Source of the DNA: a virus
Reading direction: 5' to 3' (one strand)
IMG/VR virus record: IMGVR_UViG_3300024262_000015
Span: 32,001-96,000 of that record
DNA: 64,000 nt
A program made the position numbers and the translations under genes. Shown here one piece after another: positions 57,994 through 64,000 of the stretch (its first letter is position 1; the number at the start of each line of letters is the position of its first letter). The notes beneath the pieces were generated by a model that had not been told where the DNA came from, did no database searches, and saw only the letters and a list, made by a program, of their open reading frames with translations.

Positions 57994-58173
57994 ATGGACC
58001 TTAAAAAAATTGGCGATGCGGTAATGTTATGTTGTGGAAGGAAGCGTTGTCCTATCCTCACCAAATCTAAAGACGGTAGTTATGATCTTACTGATGATTT
58101 TGGTGGGAAGGTAAAGCTAAGCAGGGAACAGCTTTTATTAATTAGTGATGCTATAATTCAGTTAGATGATTGA
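57994..58173 (+). CDS. Small Cys protein (59 aa, not in the ORF track)
   Basis: MDLKKIGDAVMLCCGRKRCPIL...LTDDFGGKVKL; overlaps the next start codon. Confidence 0.6.
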   Translation: MDLKKIGDAVMLCCGRKRCPILTKSKDGSYDLTDDFGGKVKLSREQLLLISDAIIQLDD

Positions 58174-58456
58174 ACTGCTTGCTTGCCTTGGTTTAATGTG
58201 GATTCTTAAATACGGAACCATTTTAGACACTCCCAGAAATATTATTAAATCCAAAAGCAAATTTTTAACTGAACTTTTGAATTGCAGTTTATGTTTAGGG
58301 TTTTGGTGTGGGGTTCTAATCACCCTTCCCCTTTGCCTTTATTCATTTACCATACAATATCTTTTGTTGCCATTAGCTTCGTCAGCAGTTTGTTGGTCAC
58401 TGGATTCGGTAGTTGAGCTTATTCATGTAGCTACTAATAAAATTGAAAAATTATAA
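58166..58456 (+). CDS. DUF1360-like membrane protein
   Basis: R.......LTELLNCSLCLGFW motif with TM helices. Confidence 0.65.
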   Translation: MIELLACLGLMWILKYGTILDTPRNIIKSKSKFLTELLNCSLCLGFWCGVLITLPLCLYSFTIQYLLLPLASSAVCWSLDSVVELIHVATNKIEKL

Positions 58457-58498
58457 CTCAGCCAAAAATAAAAGATATTCATAAACCCATATGATAGT

Positions 58499-58930
58499 GT
58501 GGGCTTTCTTGACCAAACATTAAAAGTTTTTTCAGCTAAACTTAGAGTTCCCCAATTATTTATTGAAGGAACAGAAAAATTTAGTATTACCAATTCCTCC
58601 GTTTATCAGCGTGTAGGATTTGTACAACCTTATAAATATAACCAAATTATAATTAGAACACCTGGGCTTTATTTAGTCGAGGTATGCTTTGCTTTTGCAC
58701 CAACCGACTTTCCTCCTGAATTTCCCGGCTACTCTATCTTTGCACAAATGCCTGGACAAAAGGCTATTGTTGTAAGCTCTGGATCAGTGTCTACCAATAC
58801 TTCTCCCGATACAATTACCGTGTCTAAAAGCTTACAAATCCGAAAATCTACTGTTCTTTCTTTTCAATTCACTACCCAATTTGCTGGACGCTTGACTGAG
58901 GGTTCGGGATTCACCTTAATTTTAACTTAG
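58499..58930 (+). CDS. C1q/TNF-like jelly-roll protein (putative fibre tip)
   Basis: IIIRTPGLYLVEV beta motif. Confidence 0.4.
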   Translation: MGFLDQTLKVFSAKLRVPQLFIEGTEKFSITNSSVYQRVGFVQPYKYNQIIIRTPGLYLVEVCFAFAPTDFPPEFPGYSIFAQMPGQKAIVVSSGSVSTNTSPDTITVSKSLQIRKSTVLSFQFTTQFAGRLTEGSGFTLILT

Positions 58931-58936
58931 GATCAA

Positions 58937-61345
58937 ATGGCTATTCAGGTAAAATTAACTAACCTAACAAATGAAGGCGTAGAAGTAGATGGCTATGGAA
59001 TTAATCCTCCTGCTGGAACTACGTTAACTCTAGATTTTAGTGATACAGATTATGAAAACATTAAGCCCGCCCTAGAGACTGCTGCGGGGATGGGAGAGAT
59101 TTCTGTAGGGATCAGATTTGTTCCAGGCTCCCCTCCTTTAATAACAAAAGAGGATGGTGTAATTATTGTTCCAGCTACCTCTGCAATGAATTTAAGTGGA
59201 GGAGTAGATGTAGATCTTTCTTCTGATGGCTATACTGCTGATGTTTTTATTCCTGGGGTTAGGGCTACGGTTTTAAATTCCCCTTCTGGAGCAGATGAAG
59301 TTTTAAAAAGCCTGGATGCTAACACTGCTTCTTGGCAAGAAGAGGCAATAATAACCGAAGAATATTTAGTTGGACTTCCTGGAAGTGGTGCTCCATATTC
59401 CTCTATACAAGCAGCTAATGACCAACGAATTTTAGATGGCCATGTAACAGTAAATAACTCTGCTCTAGTTAAAGTTTTGCCCGGTCGTTATGTAGAAGAT
59501 GTTTCTATAAGAACCCCTGGAATTGTAGTTACCGCCGGATACACGGGCGATCCTAAGGGAGGGATAACAAACAACGCTAATTTCTCTACCTTGGTTGGAA
59601 CACTAACTATAGATCTTTCAATTAATCCCGGCACAACTATTTCTGAAAACACCATCCGATGGGAACAGGTAGGATTAGAAAACCAAACAGGATATTGTGT
59701 TGAGTTTTCAGGGTCTATAGCCCAAAAAGTTATCTTTGTTAACGTCAGTGCTGATGGAAACGGGATTCTACGAATGACCAATGGAGGCTTTGGCGGCTCC
59801 TTATCCAGTCCTTATTCTGACGACATTGAGGCACCTACTGCGTCTGCTTGGTATTCAAGTGTATGGTGGTATGGGGGATGGCTGCGCACTGTGTCAGGGT
59901 CTACTAATCCAGTTCTTAAACACGAAGCAGGACAGTTTATAGGTACAGAAACCGCTCTATGGAGAGATGATCGTAGTTTAACTTCAATAGAGTGCTCTTC
60001 TACTCGCGCATGCCTTCTTACTGATGGTTCTGCCTTGGGCACCGTTCTTATGGCAGGCACTAATGCTTTTATTTTAACTCGAAGTTCAATAACTGCTTTT
60101 GATGCAATAGCTATTGATTTCCAAACCGGAAGCTTAACCTTAAGTGATTGTAGTTTATCTGCTTATAATGTCGTTAATAGTATTGCTGGTCCTTCTTCAG
60201 GACGCTTACGTTTTTTTAACCTAAGACAGTTAGATACCGCTCCTTTTACATTAGGAACAGCATGGGATGTTCCTAATGCAGATGTCCAAAGCCTTTATAA
60301 TTCGGTTGGTGCGATACTAAATTTTAGTGATAGCTCCGCCCCTTATAAAGAACAAGATCCTAGCGCTCTTGTCCAGTTACAAAGCAAAGAACGAGGTTTT
60401 CTCCCTCCCGTAATGTCATCTTTTGATCGACTAAACATTGCTACTCCGGCTAGAGGATTAGAGGTTTATGACTCAGATATTAATTACCCCTTTCATTTTA
60501 ACGGAATCCAGTGGTCTGGAGACGGTTACTATTCGCCCCTCGTTCCAAATAATTGGGCACCCCCTATTCCAAATAGCACATCTGAGGCTTTAGATGATCT
60601 AGCAGGAATACCATTTCCTAACCGGGTAAATATATCTGTTAACAAATCTACAATAGATAACTATCAACGAGTAATACCTACCCTGCGTTCACAAACTGGA
60701 CCCAATTTAACTGGAGCTTACAATGGCGGGGGAATCGGGAATAAGCCTATCTTAGGGCTTAGAGGATTTTCGGGCCTTCCTTTAGGAGATATAGATTCCA
60801 TTGAATTTACATGGGAAGATCTTTTACCTGAAACAACTACTTTACTATTATCCTCAGGGCCTGTAGTAGGAGATCATGGAGAGCCTTTGGGATCTTCAGC
60901 CATTGCTTTACTTCCATTTATAAATTTAATTGTTGACCTTAATGGAGATGGCAGTCTAATAAAAATCTTTAACATGTCCCAAACCCTACCGCCCACCAGT
61001 GATACAAACTTTACTGTTACCGCTCTTGGTCCTGATAAATACAACTATCTTTTTGACCCATTGGTAAATACCTTCGAGATAGTACTAGGCCTTCCTCCGG
61101 TTCCCTTTGTCGCGCCTTTTATTAATAATGGCCCGTCTTGGTTTGCCCAGGCCTTCCGAATGGAAGACATTATTGCTCTGGGTGCTTATCCAAACGCAAC
61201 GCTCATAGATATAGCCAGTGGAGATGGTGGGATGCCTAAAGATGTTGTTACGCCTTCTATTGTATTAGCTATGGGCGGATCTAGCAATGTAGATGCAGGG
61301 CTTAAGATAATAGAAGAAATAAAATTTAATGGAGTAAGGCAATGA
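58937..61345 (+). CDS. Tail fibre/spike-like protein
   Basis: YSSIQAA...VKVLPGRYVEDV beta-helix start; SALVQLQSKERGFLPP.M...GLEVYD fibre repeat; three DGY motifs. Confidence 0.65.
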   Translation: MAIQVKLTNLTNEGVEVDGYGINPPAGTTLTLDFSDTDYENIKPALETAAGMGEISVGIRFVPGSPPLITKEDGVIIVPATSAMNLSGGVDVDLSSDGYTADVFIPGVRATVLNSPSGADEVLKSLDANTASWQEEAIITEEYLVGLPGSGAPYSSIQAANDQRILDGHVTVNNSALVKVLPGRYVEDVSIRTPGIVVTAGYTGDPKGGITNNANFSTLVGTLTIDLSINPGTTISENTIRWEQVGLENQTGYCVEFSGSIAQKVIFVNVSADGNGILRMTNGGFGGSLSSPYSDDIEAPTASAWYSSVWWYGGWLRTVSGSTNPVLKHEAGQFIGTETALWRDDRSLTSIECSSTRACLLTDGSALGTVLMAGTNAFILTRSSITAFDAIAIDFQTGSLTLSDCSLSAYNVVNSIAGPSSGRLRFFNLRQLDTAPFTLGTAWDVPNADVQSLYNSVGAILNFSDSSAPYKEQDPSALVQLQSKERGFLPPVMSSFDRLNIATPARGLEVYDSDINYPFHFNGIQWSGDGYYSPLVPNNWAPPIPNSTSEALDDLAGIPFPNRVNISVNKSTIDNYQRVIPTLRSQTGPNLTGAYNGGGIGNKPILGLRGFSGLPLGDIDSIEFTWEDLLPETTTLLLSSGPVVGDHGEPLGSSAIALLPFINLIVDLNGDGSLIKIFNMSQTLPPTSDTNFTVTALGPDKYNYLFDPLVNTFEIVLGLPPVPFVAPFINNGPSWFAQAFRMEDIIALGAYPNATLIDIASGDGGMPKDVVTPSIVLAMGGSSNVDAGLKIIEEIKFNGVRQ

Positions 61346-62325
61346 AGATACAGCGAGTTGGAAGTAAAGCATTTATTGAAGAAGACGTTTACCGTTTTTT
61401 AAAGAAAGCACAAGAGGCTGAAGAAATAGAAGCAGAGTTCTCAACCGTTCTGGAGCCGGGAGAAGATTTAACTGAAGCACAAAAAGAACATTATAAAAAA
61501 CATCCATGGCCGTCTTCCTCAGATAAAATGCGCTTAGAAAGACGAGATAAAACACCTCTTAATCGGGATCAGCCCCCTTCTCATGATGCCCCTATTGGTA
61601 AAGGACTACAGCCATTTGAAGAAGCAGAAGGGGATTTATTAAGCACAGAAAGAAAAAAAGAAATTTTTGATGCTCTTGATAATTTAGATTCTGGAGTAGG
61701 AAGCAATGAGGAAGCTTATAAGGTTATTATAAATTACATAAAGAGCATCTGGCAACAGCTTTCTCCTAAAGAACAAACCAATCAACTTTCTTCATCTAAC
61801 CTTGAAAATATTTTAGAATCAGTAGCAATTTTACATGGTAGCTCAGGTCTTAAAGAAAAGGGAAATGAAAAAAGCAATGTTAAAGAGTTTATCTCTTCAG
61901 TTCTTAATAGTACTGAACTAGCTGGTCCATTTTCTTCAGAATCAAAAAAAATGTATGTAGATCTGCTTAGACAATTAGCCGATCCTTCAGCTTGGGAAGG
62001 AAAACAAAATAAACGTTTAGAGCAAGGAACACTTTTAGTTAAAGGGCTTGGATCCTTTATTCCTAAAATGTTAGACCGATTAATTAGTAAAGACCCAGAA
62101 AGTGCTCAAGCTTTTTGGCCAGAAATGCGCAAAACATTAGAACAAGCAAAGTCCTTAACCACTAATGAGCTTTCTCCTACAGAAAGAAAAAATGTTGCTA
62201 ATTTAATTACTTCCTATTTAAGCGATGTCTATTCGGCTCTACAAAAGGCCTATACAAAGGAAGAGATTATTAGACTAACTAAAAATAGGTACCTAAACCA
62301 ATTCAAAAAACCTCGTGCGTTTTAA
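61342..62325 (+). CDS. Helical hypothetical protein
   Basis: 327 aa; KKAQ near the N-terminus. Confidence 0.55.
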   Translation: MKIQRVGSKAFIEEDVYRFLKKAQEAEEIEAEFSTVLEPGEDLTEAQKEHYKKHPWPSSSDKMRLERRDKTPLNRDQPPSHDAPIGKGLQPFEEAEGDLLSTERKKEIFDALDNLDSGVGSNEEAYKVIINYIKSIWQQLSPKEQTNQLSSSNLENILESVAILHGSSGLKEKGNEKSNVKEFISSVLNSTELAGPFSSESKKMYVDLLRQLADPSAWEGKQNKRLEQGTLLVKGLGSFIPKMLDRLISKDPESAQAFWPEMRKTLEQAKSLTTNELSPTERKNVANLITSYLSDVYSALQKAYTKEEIIRLTKNRYLNQFKKPRAF

Positions 62326-62733
62326 AAACATGTAAAATCTTTCTTTAATCTCATTAATAGATTTCGAACTATCTGTTTGACTTCTAACCAACACAACTGA
62401 ATGGTGGTCCATAAGTTTATAAAAAGATTTTCTATATCTAATATTTAGATTATCATTACATCTAAAAATAGAAGCAATGCCAGACTCATACAATAAGCGA
62501 AAACTATAGATCTTTTCTAAGGACGATGTGGGCTCCTCTAGAGGACATTTCACACTAAGCTCTTTTTTTAAAAATGACTCTAAAAGAGATTCCTGTACTA
62601 CCTTGTCAGAAAACGGTATTAAAGGTCGAATAAATTTATCCCTTTCTTCTTCAGTAAGATCTTCGGCCCAGGAGCTTACTAAAAAATATAATGTTGATTC
62701 AGGACATAACATAGACTTGCAATAGGTATTCAC
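62293..62733 (-). CDS. Hypothetical protein
   Basis: Longest ORF filling the gap; GTG start. Confidence 0.4.
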   Translation of the reverse strand: MNTYCKSMLCPESTLYFLVSSWAEDLTEEERDKFIRPLIPFSDKVVQESLLESFLKKELSVKCPLEEPTSSLEKIYSFRLLYESGIASIFRCNDNLNIRYRKSFYKLMDHHSVVLVRSQTDSSKSINEIKERFYMFLKRTRFFELV

Positions 62734-62813
62734 GAAAAAAGAATGTCAAAAAACAATATGAAAGTCAAGATCTTTTATTCTCTCCATTGATATAATATTC
62801 GAGTATAGATACG

Positions 62814-63089
62814 ATGATCCCTGATGACCTCAAAAAGGCTGCTCTTTCTATCGGCGCTCGTCCCGTTACAGTTTCTTCAGAAAATTCACGGGCGTTTATG
62901 CTGTGGTTTGCCATCCTTATAGGAGTTGGAACCTTGTTTAACGCAGCATTCGTTTGGCTGGTTTCCATTTTTCTACCCGTCTTAGCACTCCCTCTTATGA
63001 TGGGTCCCAGTGCTTGGATGATGTGGTGGGTAATTACACAAAGATCAAAAGGGCATCTTAAACTTGAAGATAAAGAAGGAGATTTCTAA
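62814..63089 (+). CDS. Two-TM membrane protein
   Basis: Two hydrophobic helices. Confidence 0.55.
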   Translation: MIPDDLKKAALSIGARPVTVSSENSRAFMLWFAILIGVGTLFNAAFVWLVSIFLPVLALPLMMGPSAWMMWWVITQRSKGHLKLEDKEGDF

Positions 63090-63090
63090 C

Positions 63091-63486
63091 ATGTACAAAT
63101 ACTCACAAACCAATGTTACTTCTACAAGTGACCTGGATCCCCCCTCCACCCAACTATTTTTAGACAAGAATGAAGATAAAATCCGTAGAGCCGCTCAAGG
63201 AAAATCGGGCCAAGAGAATGTAATTGCTTTTCTTGATTGGGCAGATCATCTTCTGAATCCTAAAGAGGGTTTTGGGGCAGTTACTAGTGGACAACAAGCT
63301 GCAATTTCTGGTGGCGAAATGGTTAAGAAAATGTTTAAAGAAGACGAAATCTCTTTGCCTACTTCTGCACAGTCCCGAAGCGCAATAAGAATTGTAGATC
63401 ACATTATTGACGCTATTAGAAATACTAAAACTGCCTCACTCCCTAAGTATGTTTACGACATGCTCAAGGTTGCTAGCCGATTCTAA
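63091..63486 (+). CDS. Hypothetical protein
   Basis: ATG after AAGGAG; MYKYSQ, KTAS and KVAS motifs. Confidence 0.55.
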   Translation: MYKYSQTNVTSTSDLDPPSTQLFLDKNEDKIRRAAQGKSGQENVIAFLDWADHLLNPKEGFGAVTSGQQAAISGGEMVKKMFKEDEISLPTSAQSRSAIRIVDHIIDAIRNTKTASLPKYVYDMLKVASRF

Positions 63487-63507
63487 TTAGAAAATTTTCA
63501 AACTTAT

Positions 63508-63545
63508 ATTCCTAGCTATTTTAAATAGTTAGGAATGTTTGTTTA
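63508..63545 (+). terminator. Terminator-like hairpin
   Basis: ATTCCTAGCTATT-TTA-AATAGTTAGGAAT followed by GTTTGTTT. Confidence 0.5.
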
Positions 63546-63586
63546 TAAGTCATTAAAAGTGAACCTAATTTTGGTGCATTTTATAT

Positions 63587-63865
63587 ATGACTGAAGAGTT
63601 TATTGAACTACTAGAAGCTTTAATTGTTAGTTACATTGCCGATGAGGGAGAAAAATTACAAGAGGTGTATAAAGCTATAGCCTACAGTCTAGGAAAAATC
63701 GAAACATTAGCGAAACAAAAAGATGTAGATATAGAAATTTTGGAACGCATTTTTAAAGCTCACTATCAAATTGGAAAAGATGATGCTTTAGATTATGTAA
63801 ACAAAGATGAAAATATAAAAATAAAAGATGAAAAAATAAAAGATCCAAATAAGTTAATGAATTAA
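63587..63865 (+). CDS. Hypothetical protein
   Basis: 92 aa ORF after a candidate promoter. Confidence 0.5.
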   Translation: MTEEFIELLEALIVSYIADEGEKLQEVYKAIAYSLGKIETLAKQKDVDIEILERIFKAHYQIGKDDALDYVNKDENIKIKDEKIKDPNKLMN

Positions 63866-64000
63866 ACTACCTTGGGTTTTGAAAAAGATATCAGGTTGTT
63901 TCTCCAAAACCAATGAAGGCTCGAATATAGGACTCTAAGTTTAGCCGTACCCCTAAACAGCGCTATACTAGGGGTACGTTCTACCATCTCTGTAAAAAGA

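Noticed and set aside
865-63402. Most short minus-strand and alternate-frame ORFs in the track
   Set aside because: They are shadows of longer + strand genes with no recognisable motifs.
1-64000. Stop-codon reassignment (as in some large phages)
   Set aside because: Long genes are intact in code 11, and TAG, TGA and TAA all end genes next to the following start. In-frame stops occur only in decayed remnants.
1-64000. tRNA/rRNA genes and host assignment
   Set aside because: No cloverleaf or rRNA-like sequence was recognised in the short intergenic regions, and nothing in the window identifies the host.

Overview
64 kb of a large (jumbo-type) tailed phage genome, standard genetic code, almost all on the + strand. 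It covers the head-morphogenesis and virion-structure region. In order: the 3' end of a DnaG primase, a sigma-region-4 protein, a truncated CCA/poly(A)-polymerase-type nucleotidyltransferase, a lambda-GpA-like terminase large subunit, a portal with an intein, many large acidic putative inner-head proteins, a prohead protease/scaffold with an intein, and three head-decoration paralogs. The major capsid gene is split into 4 exons by three group I introns (reconstructed 339 aa). After it come outer virion/neck/fibre genes and an accessory block (patatin, cysteine desulfurase, HNH, cold-shock protein). The most unusual signal is a set of short protein address-like motifs that partition the virion genes. 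Putative inner-head proteins share K-x-A motifs (candidate maturation-protease sites), a helical-hairpin module and an AHPxG module. Putative outer proteins are enriched for a D-G-Y tripeptide that I did not find in the + strand genes of the first 42 kb. All calls come from motif recognition by eye; no searches were run.
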